64,000 bases of DNA. Source: an uncultured delta proteobacterium (GTDB taxonomy: Bacteria; Myxococcota; Myxococcia; SLRQ01). The notes under the pieces were generated by a model. The model saw only the letters and a list, made by a program, of their open reading frames with translations, had not been told where the DNA came from and did no database searches. The stretch is from the NCBI GenBank assembly GCA_963727485.1, contig CAVSGM010000002.1, positions 1,440,001-1,504,000 on the forward strand, written 5' to 3'. Every line of letters begins with the position of its first letter. Position 1 is the stretch's first letter. Of the stretch, positions 31,728-41,198 are shown piece after piece. The position numbers were made by a program, and so were the translations under genes.

Positions 31728-32776
31728 GCAGTCCCGCCCCCCCGCGCTGGGTCGTCACCGGCGGCACCGGCTTCTTCGGCACCCGGCTGGCCCACTGGCT
31801 CCTCGCCGAGCACGACGTCCTCCCGGTCCTGGTGGATCGGGCGCCCCTCGACGACCCCGGACTCGAGGGCCGGGTGGAGGTGGTGCGCGCCGACGTCCGC
31901 GACGCCGCCGCCATGCGCCGGGTGATCGCCGGGGCCGACGTGGTGGTCCACGCCGCCGCGGCGCTCCCCCGGGAGCCGGTCGCCGACATCCGCGCGGTGA
32001 CCGTGGCCGGCACCCGCAACGTCGCCCGGGCGAGCCTCGACGGCGGGGTCCGGCGCCTGGTCTACATCGGCACCACCGCCGTCTACGGGGTGCCCAAGGT
32101 GTTCCCGGTCCCCGAGACCGAGCCCCTCGACCCCCTGGGCCCCTACGCGGTGGCCAAGGAGCAGGCCGAGGAGCTCCTCCGGGAGGCGCGGCGCGCCGGC
32201 CTCCACGCCAGCATCATCCGCCCCAAGTCGTTCATCGGCACCGGGCGCCTGGGGGTGTTCCAGATCCTCTTCGACTGGGTGGAGGCGGGCAAGCGCCTCC
32301 CGGTCCTGGGCGACGGCGAGAACCGCTACCAGCTCCTCGAGGTGACCGACCTCGCCGACGCGGTGTGGCGGATCGCCGAGTCGGGCGCCGAGGCCACCGA
32401 GTACAACGTCGGCGCCACCCGCTTCGGCACGGTGAACGCCGACCTCACCGCCCTGTGCGCGCACGCGGGCACCGGGGCCCGCCTGCGCCACGTGCCCACC
32501 GGCGCCGCCAAGCAGGCGCTGCGGGTGCTCCACCGCCTCCACCTCTCGCCCCTCTACCCCTGGGTCTACGAGACCTGCGATCACGACAGCGCCGTGGACA
32601 CCCGGAAGATCGAGGCGGCGCTCGGCTTCGCCCCGCGGTACTCCAACGCCGAGATGCTCTGCGCCACCTACGACTGGTACCGCGCCGAGGGCCGGCACCT
32701 GGCGCGGCGCACCGGCACCGGCCACCGCGCCGGGTGGGACCAGGGGGTGCTCCGGCTCCTCAAGGCCGTCTCCTAG
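31724..32776 (+). CDS. NAD-dependent epimerase/dehydratase
   Basis: 'VTGGTGFFG', 'HAAA', 'TTAVYG' and YxxxK 'YAVAK'. Confidence 0.9.
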   Translation: MSSPAPPRWVVTGGTGFFGTRLAHWLLAEHDVLPVLVDRAPLDDPGLEGRVEVVRADVRDAAAMRRVIAGADVVVHAAAALPREPVADIRAVTVAGTRNVARASLDGGVRRLVYIGTTAVYGVPKVFPVPETEPLDPLGPYAVAKEQAEELLREARRAGLHASIIRPKSFIGTGRLGVFQILFDWVEAGKRLPVLGDGENRYQLLEVTDLADAVWRIAESGAEATEYNVGATRFGTVNADLTALCAHAGTGARLRHVPTGAAKQALRVLHRLHLSPLYPWVYETCDHDSAVDTRKIEAALGFAPRYSNAEMLCATYDWYRAEGRHLARRTGTGHRAGWDQGVLRLLKAVS

Positions 32777-32841
32777 GTGCGCCGAGGAGAAAGCTGCGGT
32801 AGAGGAGCGTTCCCCCGCCACCCTTTTGCCCAGAGGCCCGG

Positions 32842-33672
32842 ATGTCCGCCCCCAAGAAGCACCCGAAGCCGCGCGCCCCGAAGCTCACCGCCGCCACCGC
32901 CGACCGCCACGTGCTCTACGAGAAGTCGGTGCAGTGCCCCGAGGCCGACGTCGACTTCCTCGACAAGGTCTACAAGAAGGCCTACGGGCGCAAGCCGCAC
33001 CGGCTCCGGGAGGACTTCTGCGGCACCGCGGCGCTGTGCGCCGAGTGGGTGCGCCGGGGCGGGAAGCGCGAGGCCCTGGGCGTGGACCTCCACCGGCCCA
33101 CCCTGAAGTGGGGCGAGCAGCACAACCTGGCGCCGCTGGGCGAGGCCGCCGAGCGGGTGACCCTCCTGGAGACCGACGTCCGCGACCCGGTGGGCGAGAA
33201 GGCCGAGGTGCGGGTGGCCTTCAACTTCTCCTACTTCGTGTTCAAGCGCCGCGCCGAGCTCCTCGAGTACTTCCGGGCGGCGCGGGTGGGCCTCGCCGAC
33301 GAGGGCCTCTTCGCCCTCGACCTCCTCGGGGGCCCCGACGCCCAGTCCCTCCTCGAGGAGAGCCGGGAGATCGACGGCTTCGACTACGTGTGGGATCAGG
33401 ACGCCTTCAACCCCATCGACCACGGCTACCGCTGCCACATCCACTTCGACTTCCCCGACGGGACGCGGATGGAGAAGGCGTTCACCTACGACTGGCGGCT
33501 GTGGCACCTGATGGAGCTGCGCGACGTCCTCGCCGACGCCGGGTTCTCGAAGACCGAGGTCTACTGGGAGGGCACCGAGCCCGGGACCGACGAGGGCAAC
33601 GGCGTGTTCAAGCGGCGCACCAAGGTGGAGAACGAGGCCTGCTGGGTGGCCTACATCGTCGCCTGGCCCTAG
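32842..33672 (+). CDS. Class I SAM-dependent methyltransferase
   Basis: 'LYEKSVQCP', 'LREDFCGTA' and 'FNFSY'. Confidence 0.85.
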   Translation: MSAPKKHPKPRAPKLTAATADRHVLYEKSVQCPEADVDFLDKVYKKAYGRKPHRLREDFCGTAALCAEWVRRGGKREALGVDLHRPTLKWGEQHNLAPLGEAAERVTLLETDVRDPVGEKAEVRVAFNFSYFVFKRRAELLEYFRAARVGLADEGLFALDLLGGPDAQSLLEESREIDGFDYVWDQDAFNPIDHGYRCHIHFDFPDGTRMEKAFTYDWRLWHLMELRDVLADAGFSKTEVYWEGTEPGTDEGNGVFKRRTKVENEACWVAYIVAWP

Positions 33673-33795
33673 GGCGCCGATTGCCGGCTCCGCGGCGCCT
33701 CCTCGGGGCTTCTCCGTGGAAGGTGTCCGCCATTGATCGCGTCTGCTCCGGGATGCTCCAGTGGTGCCTGCTGGGGAGAAAGGGGTGGGCAACCC

Positions 33796-34317
33796 ATGAA
33801 AGGCGTGATCGTCAAGTGTCTCCAGGACCTGGTGGAGACGAAGTTCGGCAAGGAGAAGTGGCAGGAGATCCGCAAGGAGGCCGGGGTGCCCATGGGCACC
33901 CTGATCCTGGTGAGCTCGGACATGCCCGACGCGCAGGCGCTGGAGATCCTCGCCGCGGCGGAGCGGGTGCTGGGCATCAGCTCGGTGGAGGCGGCCGACG
34001 CCTTCGGTGAGCACTGGATGATGGTGTACGCACCGAAGATCTACGGCGCGGTGTTCCGCAACACCACCGGCGCCCGGGACTTCCTGCTGAAGATGAACGA
34101 CCTCCACAAGGTGGTGGTGGAGCGCTTCGAGAACGCGACGCCGCCGCGCTTCGACTACGCTTGGGAGGACGACGACACCCTGGTGATGACCTACCACTCC
34201 AAGCGCGGGCTGATGGACATCTTCGCCGGGCTCGCCAAGGGCGTGGGGCTCTACTTCAAGGAGCCGCTCACGGTCACCCGCCTGGGCAGCGATTGGCTGC
34301 GCATCCACTTCGGGTAG
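33796..34317 (+). CDS. H-NOX/HNOB heme-NO-binding protein
   Basis: 'MKGVI', proximal His in 'MNDLH', 'PPRF' and YxSxR 'YHSKR'. Confidence 0.9.
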   Translation: MKGVIVKCLQDLVETKFGKEKWQEIRKEAGVPMGTLILVSSDMPDAQALEILAAAERVLGISSVEAADAFGEHWMMVYAPKIYGAVFRNTTGARDFLLKMNDLHKVVVERFENATPPRFDYAWEDDDTLVMTYHSKRGLMDIFAGLAKGVGLYFKEPLTVTRLGSDWLRIHFG

Positions 34318-34383
34318 CGCGCGTGCCAGGTGGCAGGGTCCGGAGGTGCCAGATGGCGTCCCCGGATCCGGCCGGCCCCCGGA

Positions 34384-35928
34384 TCACCGGGGCAGGCCCG
34401 CCGCCTGCTTCACCGCCTGGAGCAGGGGATCCCTCGGGCCAGTGGGGTCGCCGGGGTCCCCGTCCCGGAAGTACCCGGCGCCCAGCTCCCAGATCACCAC
34501 CCCCCCGAGGCCCTGGGCCCGGACGTAGTCGAGCTTCGCCCCTATCGCCTTCGGGCTCTCGTAGCTGACGAAGAGGTCCTCGGGGGTGCCGAGGGCGTTG
34601 CCCTCGTAGCCCCGCGCCGAGCCCAGGGTGAAGCCGTCCCAGGTGTCCCCGTCGCCGTCGAGGTCGAGGGCGATGACGGTCTGCTTCAGGCCCAGGTAGC
34701 TGGCCGCGGCGCCGGGGTCGTAGCTGGGGGTCCCCAGCGCCAGGTACCGGGCGAGGTTGTAGTAGGGCACCGCGCTCATCACCTGGGCGGTGGCCCGATC
34801 GGCGCAGTCGACCCGGTGGCCGCCGGCGTCGTGGTAGCTCCAGAAGGCCCCGGGGGCGGTGATGCCCTCGCCGGTGCAGCGCTGGTGCTCGACGTCCGCC
34901 TGGGCCACGTTCACCCACAGGGTCCCGGTGAAGGGGATGGCGACGCCCAGGTGGCGGCGGGGGATGCCGGCGGCGAGGTGGGCGCGGGCGAGCCCGCTCA
35001 CCGAGGGCACCGGGACCGGGAAGGCGTCGAGGGAGACCACCCCCGCCTGGTAGAGGGCGCTCCCGTGCCAGCTCGGCCACCCGCTCCACAGGCCCATGAG
35101 CTCGAAGGACAAGAGGTTGACCTGGTCGAAGGTGTCCTGGAGGCGGGCGAAGAGGGCCGGGCGGTTCACCACCGCCGAGGCGGTGAGCCGCATCCGGGTG
35201 CCCACGGCCGGGGTGAGGGTGTCGAGGCGCGCCCGCAGCTGCTCGGCGAAGGCCACGTAGGGCCCCTGGTCGGTGGCGGCGACCGGCTCGAGGTCGAGGT
35301 CCACTCCGTCGAAGCCCCAGGTGGTCACGAAGGTGGCGAGGTGGTCCACCAGCGCCGTCCGGGCGGTGTCGTCGTTCATCGCCTGGGCCAGCGCCGAGCC
35401 GCCGCCCAGGGAGATGAGGATGGGCCGGCCGTGGGCGTGGGCGGCGGGGACGATGTCGAGGAGCTTGTCGGGATCGAGGTTCTGGTCGCAGGCGACCTCG
35501 GGGAGCGTCCCGTCGGGGCGGGCGGTCAGGCCCAGGTAGACGAGGTGGGTGAAGGCGTCGAAGTCGAGCTCGGCGCTGGTGAGGTTCCCCCAGTTGCCGC
35601 AGAGCTTCCCGTCGCCGTCGGTGTCGCCGGCGTAGTGGTTCCAGCTCGCCAGCACCGCGGTGACCCAGGGGTCCACCGGGACGATGGGCCCGCCGATGAG
35701 GCCGCCGTCGGGCAGCGTGTCGCCGCCGTCCCAGCCGCCGGCGTCGGCGCCGGCGTTCGTGCCCCCGTCGGTCGCGCCCCCGTCGTCCCCGCCGGCATCG
35801 ACGGGGCCGGCGTCGGCGGTGGCGCCCGGGTCGCCGGTGTCGTTGGGGGCGGCGACCACCCCCCCGGTGCACCCGGCGGCGAGGAGCAGGATCGAGGCGA
35901 GGACGGACGGGCAGCGTGCAGCGCGCAT
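34384..35928 (-). CDS. GH18 chitinase-like lipoprotein
   Basis: Lipobox 'LAAGC'; 'ISLGG', catalytic 'FDGVDLDLE', 'VSYES' and 'GLGGVVIWELG'. Confidence 0.88.
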   Translation of the reverse strand: MRAARCPSVLASILLLAAGCTGGVVAAPNDTGDPGATADAGPVDAGGDDGGATDGGTNAGADAGGWDGGDTLPDGGLIGGPIVPVDPWVTAVLASWNHYAGDTDGDGKLCGNWGNLTSAELDFDAFTHLVYLGLTARPDGTLPEVACDQNLDPDKLLDIVPAAHAHGRPILISLGGGSALAQAMNDDTARTALVDHLATFVTTWGFDGVDLDLEPVAATDQGPYVAFAEQLRARLDTLTPAVGTRMRLTASAVVNRPALFARLQDTFDQVNLLSFELMGLWSGWPSWHGSALYQAGVVSLDAFPVPVPSVSGLARAHLAAGIPRRHLGVAIPFTGTLWVNVAQADVEHQRCTGEGITAPGAFWSYHDAGGHRVDCADRATAQVMSAVPYYNLARYLALGTPSYDPGAAASYLGLKQTVIALDLDGDGDTWDGFTLGSARGYEGNALGTPEDLFVSYESPKAIGAKLDYVRAQGLGGVVIWELGAGYFRDGDPGDPTGPRDPLLQAVKQAAGLPR

Positions 35929-36071
35929 CGGACACCCCCCGGAATACGAGGCGCGGGTCGTTCACCTTTCGGTATAGGGCCCCAGGGCAATCGGGCACCT
36001 GGGTCTTTGTAAACCCCGGGCCGCGACCGACGGGATCGATCCGCGGCGGGTTGTCGCGCCGCGGCGGTCGG

Positions 36072-36308
36072 CTACCGAAGCCGATCGACGCGGGGCAGGT
36101 CGGACCCCTTCACCCCGAGCCCCGCGGTGCTCACGCCCAGCGCCATGTAGATCGGGCAGCGGCCGGAGATCCCGGTCATCAGCGGGATGATTCCCAGAAG
36201 GCCCCAGGCGAGGTGCGGGCCGACGAAGGTGAGGGTGATGAGGGTGGCGCCGAGGACGACGCGGAGCAGCCGGTCGAGGCGGTGCTCGTTCTTCGGGGGG
36301 CAGGTCAT
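36072..36308 (-). CDS. DUF2892 (YgaP-like) small membrane protein
   Basis: 'NEHRLDRLLRVVLG...GIIPLMTGISGRCPIYMALGVST'. Confidence 0.88.
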   Translation of the reverse strand: MTCPPKNEHRLDRLLRVVLGATLITLTFVGPHLAWGLLGIIPLMTGISGRCPIYMALGVSTAGLGVKGSDLPRVDRLR

Positions 36309-36403
36309 GGGGAGTCTCCAAGGGCGCACGGGGGCGCGCGGTTGGAGATCCTGAGCCACGGCGCGGGGAAAAGGATTCCCCGGCGGCGGAAGCAGGAAGC
36401 GAA

Positions 36404-36898
36404 TCAGGCTGCCCTGTCGCGCCGCCAGCCGCCGCGGGCGTGCTTGAGCAGGAGAGGCCCGGTCTCCGGCTCCGTGACAGCGCGCTCCTTGAGCTGCGGG
36501 TAATCCTTCACCGGCTCACGGGACAGCACCAGCATCCGCAGGAGGCGCTCGGCGGTCCTGCCCATCGGTTGTGGCTTGTCGCCCCGCTCCCAGCGGGAGA
36601 CGGTCTCGGGCGTGACGCCGATCTCGCCGGCGAAGTCGACCCCGGCAAGACCGAGCCAGGTCCGAAGGAAGCGGATCTCCGCGGCAGACAGCCGGGGCAC
36701 CTTCGTCGCCAGGGTGTGGGCCAGAGCACGGTGCAGGTCCTCGACGGCGTGGACGACCACTTCCTCTTCCCCGCAGTTCGGGCAGCGGAGCACCTCGGCG
36801 CCGACCAGGGTGACGTTGGGTGGCCCGCACTCGTACCGGTGGTTCTCGCGGGACCGCTTCATCTGGGAACCGCAGATCACGCACTTGGAAGCTGCCAT
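36404..36898 (-). CDS. MqsA/YgiT-type antitoxin (Zn finger plus XRE HTH)
   Basis: CVICG...CPNCGE; 'EIRFLR...GVTPETVSRWERG'. Confidence 0.88.
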   Translation of the reverse strand: MAASKCVICGSQMKRSRENHRYECGPPNVTLVGAEVLRCPNCGEEEVVVHAVEDLHRALAHTLATKVPRLSAAEIRFLRTWLGLAGVDFAGEIGVTPETVSRWERGDKPQPMGRTAERLLRMLVLSREPVKDYPQLKERAVTEPETGPLLLKHARGGWRRDRAA

Positions 36899-37092
36899 CA
36901 CTTCCTCCACGCCGTTCCGACGACCATGCGATCCGGCACCACGCGGTAGCGCCAGCTCTCATGCTCGAGTTCAGGCTCGTCCAGGATCTTGCCGCAGCGG
37001 AGCACGTTGATGACGTCGTTGACGATGAGATTGGGCTGCGCCATCTGCTCTTGCGCGTGCTTGCTGATGGAGAAGGACCCGCTCTTCAGGAT
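36898..37092 (-). pseudogene. DUF4258-like toxin remnant (not in the ORF track)
   Basis: Manual translation ILKSGSFSISKHAQEQM...DVINVLRCG...ELEHESWRYRV..RMVVGTAWRK*; TGATG coupling to the antitoxin; in-frame TAG upstream and no N-terminal start codon. Confidence 0.7.
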
Positions 37093-37238
37093 GGGACCGG
37101 TCCTCCGGAAGCGACCACACCAGACAACCCCCGCGGTCTATCCCCCATTGGAAGCCCCGCCACAGCCCCGCCCAGACCTATTAGGATGATCCACCCAAGA
37201 CCCGCGGCCGGGGCGTCGGGTCGCCAAGAGGAGGGTGG

Positions 37239-37370
37239 ATGCCCAAGGCACGGAAGGCGAAGGCGGCCACGTCCGGAACCGCGCCGCTCGGCTTCGAGGC
37301 AAACCTCTGGCAGGCGGCCAACAGGCTGCGCAACAACATGCATGCGGCCGAGTGCAAGCAGGTCGCATGA
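37239..37370 (+). pseudogene. hsdM: N-terminal fragment of type I R-M methyltransferase HsdM
   Basis: Manual translation [43 protein letters not shown], matching the HsdM_N pattern LGFE..LW.AA..LRNNM.AAEYK; AGGAGG RBS. Confidence 0.8.
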
Positions 37371-37984
37371 CTGACTGCGAGGGTGGAGCCACGTCGAGCG
37401 GGAGCGAGTTCCTGGTCCATGCCGGGGAGGACGAAGCCGCCCGCGTCCCGGTGCGCCTCGACGATGGCGCCGTCTGGCTCACCCAGCGGCTCATGGCGGA
37501 CCTGTACGGCAAGGACGTGCGGACCATCAACGAGCACCTTCGGAACATCTACGACGAGGGCGAGCTGGACCACGCCATCCGCCAAATCGTCGCCGGCGCC
37601 GTGGTTTCCGATCAGGTCATCTCCATCCTTTCGGACCAGTTCCTCGCCGAGGTCCGGGGCCTGAAGCAGAAGAACCTCGCCGTGGAGCTGCTGCGCCGCC
37701 TCCTCAACGACGAGGTCAAGGGCCGGGCACGGCGCAACCTGGTCGAGGCCCGACGGTTCTCAGAGCGCCTCGAGAAGTCGATCCACCAGGAGCTGGTGAA
37801 GACCGTGCGCGGAAACCTGACCATCGACTGGGCCGTCCGCGAGAGCGTCCGCGCCAAGCTCCGGGCGATGGTCAAGCGCATCCTGCGCAAGTACGGCTAC
37901 CCCCCGGACAGGCAGGAGGCGGCCACCAACACCGTGCTCCAGCAGGCGGAGCTCTTCAGCGCCCGGTGGATGGCGGTGGCTTGA
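37367..37984 (+). pseudogene. In-frame chimera of RhuM N-terminus and internally deleted HsdR C-terminus (DUF3387)
   Basis: '[33 protein letters not shown]' (RhuM) fused to '[11 protein letters not shown]...KNLAVELL' and '[26 protein letters not shown]' (HsdR). Confidence 0.8.
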
Positions 37985-38023
37985 CCGGGTGAGCACCCCC
38001 GGCCCCTGGCGCAGCGCCCCAAG

Positions 38024-38533
38024 TCAAGTGCGAGCGTTGCCTGCCGCCAACAGCGCAGCCAGGAAGACATCCGCTTCCAACGAGCCCCGGATCCTCTCCC
38101 AGGCCGAAAATGCCGCTTGCGCCGACCTCACCAGATCGAGGCACTCCGACTTCCCAAAGGCATGGCTAAGATCGTAGTCGGCCTCGTGTCGAGCCTGCTG
38201 GAGGTCTACGAAAGTACCGGCCACTCGCTTCAGGTCGTCCGATATTCGGTGGCCGCCGAGAGCATCGAGCCACGGATCGGCGGGCGTTCCGCCATGAAAG
38301 CCCATTGCGGCCTTCTTCATCGTGCCATGAGAGAACGCTCGCCCAAGCGCATGTCGGAGCGCCGCACCGTCTGCTCGTCGGACCAGCCTCCTCGTGGCCT
38401 CGTCCACGAGCAGGTGGAACAATGCGTAGTAGGCAGCCGAGATGGCTCGCCGCAGACTCGCCTGCTTCGGTCGTCGAGGTTCCTTGTTGGCGAGGAGCTC
38501 CGCTTGGGCCAGGAGGTCAGTATGGAGGCTCAC
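38024..38533 (-). CDS. HEPN-domain protein
   Basis: 'LRRAISAAYYALFH' and 'LQQARHEADYD'; lower GC than the flanks. Confidence 0.82.
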   Translation of the reverse strand: MSLHTDLLAQAELLANKEPRRPKQASLRRAISAAYYALFHLLVDEATRRLVRRADGAALRHALGRAFSHGTMKKAAMGFHGGTPADPWLDALGGHRISDDLKRVAGTFVDLQQARHEADYDLSHAFGKSECLDLVRSAQAAFSAWERIRGSLEADVFLAALLAAGNART

Positions 38534-38802
38534 CCGGCCGCCGCCTGCTCACTCTGGCTCCGGAAGCGGACGTACACCCAGGGCGGGTGGTCCTCCACCA
38601 ATCCCCGGACGGCCGTGTCGACGCGGTCCCGGATCTCGCCTCGGTTGAGATCGGTGAGGTCCTCGTCCTGAAGCGTCACCCAGACCCAGACGGCCTCGTC
38701 TCCGGTCGCGTCGGCGCCGCTCTTGACGTCCCAATCCAACACATGCGCCGGCAGGTCGAGGGCGCGCAGCGCCTGGTACACGTCATCGACTCGCATGATC
38801 AC
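38530..38802 (-). CDS. Small acidic protein, putative MNT-like partner of the HEPN gene
   Basis: Stop overlaps the HEPN ATG; 'DATGDEAVWVWV' and 'YVRFRS'. Confidence 0.65.
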   Translation of the reverse strand: MIMRVDDVYQALRALDLPAHVLDWDVKSGADATGDEAVWVWVTLQDEDLTDLNRGEIRDRVDTAVRGLVEDHPPWVYVRFRSQSEQAAAG

Positions 38803-38810
38803 AGCCTAGC

Positions 38811-38828
38811 CAGCCCTGCAAAGGGCTG
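38811..38828 (-). terminator. Short hairpin downstream of fabI
   Basis: CAGCCCT-GCAA-AGGGCTG stem-loop at the island edge; no U tract. Confidence 0.35.
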
Positions 38829-38854
38829 CAACGGACCGGTGCGGCGGCCGCCGC

Positions 38855-39655
38855 CTACGCCTCCTGCCCCTCGGGCAGGAAGAGGCCGATGGCCTGGAAC
38901 CCGGCGTCCACGTACACCGTCTCCCCGGTGACCCCGCCGCCGAGCTGGTCGCAGAGCAGCGCCAGCGCCATCCCCCCGACCTCCTCGTGGGTGATGTGGC
39001 GCCCCAGCATCGACATCGGCCCGGCCACCGAGTAGAGGCTGGAGAACCCGGGGATCGACCGGGCGGCCACCGTCTTCACCGGCCCGGCGCTGATAGCGTT
39101 GACCCGGATGCCCCTCGGGCCCAGGTCGTAGGCGCAAAACCGCATCGAGGCCTCGAGGGCCGCCTTGGCGACGCCCATGAGGTTGTAGTGGGGCACCACC
39201 CGCTCGGCGGCAAGATAGCTCAAGGTGACCATGCTGCCGCCGCCCGGCATCAGCTTCGCCGCCCGGTTGGCGACGGCGACCAGCGAGTAGGCCGAGACGT
39301 CCATGGCGGTCTGCCAGTCGGCGCGGCTGACCTCCACGAAGGGGTTCTGGAAGGTCGCAGGCGGCGCGAAGGCCAGGGCGTGGACCACGTAGTCGAGATG
39401 GCCCATCTCCTGCTCGACCTTGGCGAAGAGGGCGTCGAGCGCCTCGTCGCTGGTGACGTCGCACTCGGCGAGGACGGTGCCGTCCATCTCGGCCGTGAGC
39501 TTCTCCAGGGTCGGGCGCACCCGCTCGCCCTGGTAGCTGAAGGCGAGGCGCGCGCCGGCCTCCGCCAGCGGCTTCGCGATGGCCCACCCCAGCGACCGGT
39601 GATTGGTCACGCCCATCACCAGGCCGTTCTTCCCCTTCAGATCGATGGCGTACAT
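38855..39655 (-). CDS. fabI: Enoyl-ACP reductase
   Basis: 'GVTNHRSLGWAIA', 'DVSAYSL', 'YNLMGVAKAALE' and 'NAISAGP'. Confidence 0.95.
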   Translation of the reverse strand: MYAIDLKGKNGLVMGVTNHRSLGWAIAKPLAEAGARLAFSYQGERVRPTLEKLTAEMDGTVLAECDVTSDEALDALFAKVEQEMGHLDYVVHALAFAPPATFQNPFVEVSRADWQTAMDVSAYSLVAVANRAAKLMPGGGSMVTLSYLAAERVVPHYNLMGVAKAALEASMRFCAYDLGPRGIRVNAISAGPVKTVAARSIPGFSSLYSVAGPMSMLGRHITHEEVGGMALALLCDQLGGGVTGETVYVDAGFQAIGLFLPEGQEA

Positions 39656-39766
39656 GGCGGCGCAGCTTTGCCCAGGCCGGCGCCGAGGTAAAGGGGATTG
39701 CGCGCGATGGCCCGACCCCCGGCGCGGCGGCTCGACAGCCGGCGCCCCTGGCCCCACCCTGTCCCC

Positions 39767-39874
39767 ATGACCGGCTTCGAGTGGGTGGTGGTGGGCTTCC
39801 TGGTGAGCTGCCCGGCGATCGTGGGCGCGGGGTGGCTCCTGTCCAAGGTCCGCGAGCGGCGCCGGGGGTTCTAG
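39767..39874 (+). CDS. Putative 35-aa single-TM protein (not in the ORF track)
   Basis: MTGFEWVVVGFLVSCPAIVGAGWLLSKVRERRRGF*; every codon ends in G or C; basic tail. Confidence 0.6.
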   Translation: MTGFEWVVVGFLVSCPAIVGAGWLLSKVRERRRGF

Positions 39875-41191
39875 GCGCGTGGCTCGGCCGGCAGCGGCCG
39901 CACCCTTCTCACCCGCACCTGCCTGACCCGCCTATCGTTGCGCTTGACCACGGTGAGCTGCAGGCCGTCGTGGAAGAAGGTGTCCCCGGTCGCCGGGATT
40001 GCCCCGGCGAGGAGGTTGAGGAAGCCGGCGACGGTCTCGAAGTCCTCGTCCTCGGGGAGCTGTGCGGTGAACGCCCGGTTGAAGTCCTCGACGTCCATGG
40101 ACCCGCGCACCAAGAACGAGCCGTCGGCGAGCGCCTCCACGTCCTCGGCCTCGGGGCGGTCGAACTCGTCCTCGATCTCGCCGACGATCTCCTCGAGGAT
40201 GTCCTCGAGGGTGATGATGCCCATGAAGCCGCCGAACTCGTCGACCACCGCCGCCAGGTGGACATGGTTCTGCTGCATCTCGCGCATCAGCTCGCCGATG
40301 GGCTTGGACCAGGGCACGAACGGCGCCGGCCGCAGGACCTTCAAGAGCTCGATGGGCTCCCCGCGCTCCACCAGGGGGATGATGTCCTTGGCGTTGATGA
40401 GCCCCACGATGTTGTCGATCTCCTCGCGGTAGACCGGCACCCTCGTGTGGCCCTTGCCGGCGAGGAGCTCGAGGATGTCTCCGGAGGTGGCGCCGATCTC
40501 CAGGGCCACCACCTGGGTCCGCGGGACCATCACCTCCTTGGCGGTGGTCTCCCCGAACTCGAAGATTCTGGTGGATGAGCTCGGGGGTGGGGACCGCGAG
40601 GCCGCCCCGGGCGGCGTGGGTGGCGAGGTGGCGCTCGAGCTCGTCCAACGGCGGCACCGCCCGGAGCCGGGCGGTGTCGAGGCCGAAGGGCGCCAGCAGC
40701 CGGTCGGCGATCCACCGGGCCAGCGACACGAAGGGCCCGCCGAAGAACACCGTGATCCGCGCCGGCACCGCCAGGCGCCGGGCGACCTTGGGGGCGGCGT
40801 GGGTGGCGTAGGCCCGGGGCAAGAGGTCCCCGAGGAGGAACACCCCCCCGGCGGCGAGGAGGCCGGCGACCACCGCGCCGGCGAGGGCCCCCCCGGGGGT
40901 GCCCAAGAACCGGCTGAGCTGCGGCCCGAGGCGGTGGACCCCGAGGAGCGCCGCCAGGGCCCCGGCCAGGGCCAGGGCCGCCGCCTGGGCCGCCCGGAGC
41001 GTGGTGGAGGTGCGGTCCGCCCGGGCCTTGAGGGCGAGGACGCTCTTGGCCCCCCGGAGCTTCTCGGCGACCATCGCCTCGGCCTGGCGCCGGCCCACCG
41101 AGGCCAGCGCCGTCTCCGCCCCCGAGCAGATCGCCCGGAGCCACACCGCCAGGACCGCCCCCATGAGGGCGATGAGGTCCAGGGCGCCCAT
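39871..41191 (-). CDS. Hemolysin/CNNM family (DUF21-CBS-CorC) protein (frameshift near 40565)
   Basis: 'SGAETAL', 'EVMVPRT', 'HTRVPVY' and 'VDEFGG..GIITLEDILEEIVGEIEDEFD'. Confidence 0.9.
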
Positions 41192-41198
41192 CGCCGCG

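Larger units (their letters stand above)
36360..38830. mobile_element. Small decayed defence/TA island between the DUF2892 gene and fabI
   Basis: Visibly lower GC and weaker codon bias; cluster of TA and R-M remnants; no integrase or tRNA seen. Confidence 0.55.

Noticed and set aside
29906..32776. Apparent 956-aa membrane protein-epimerase fusion
   Set aside because: Produced by the indel at ~31110; the corrected upstream gene ends in an ATGA overlap at 31724-31727
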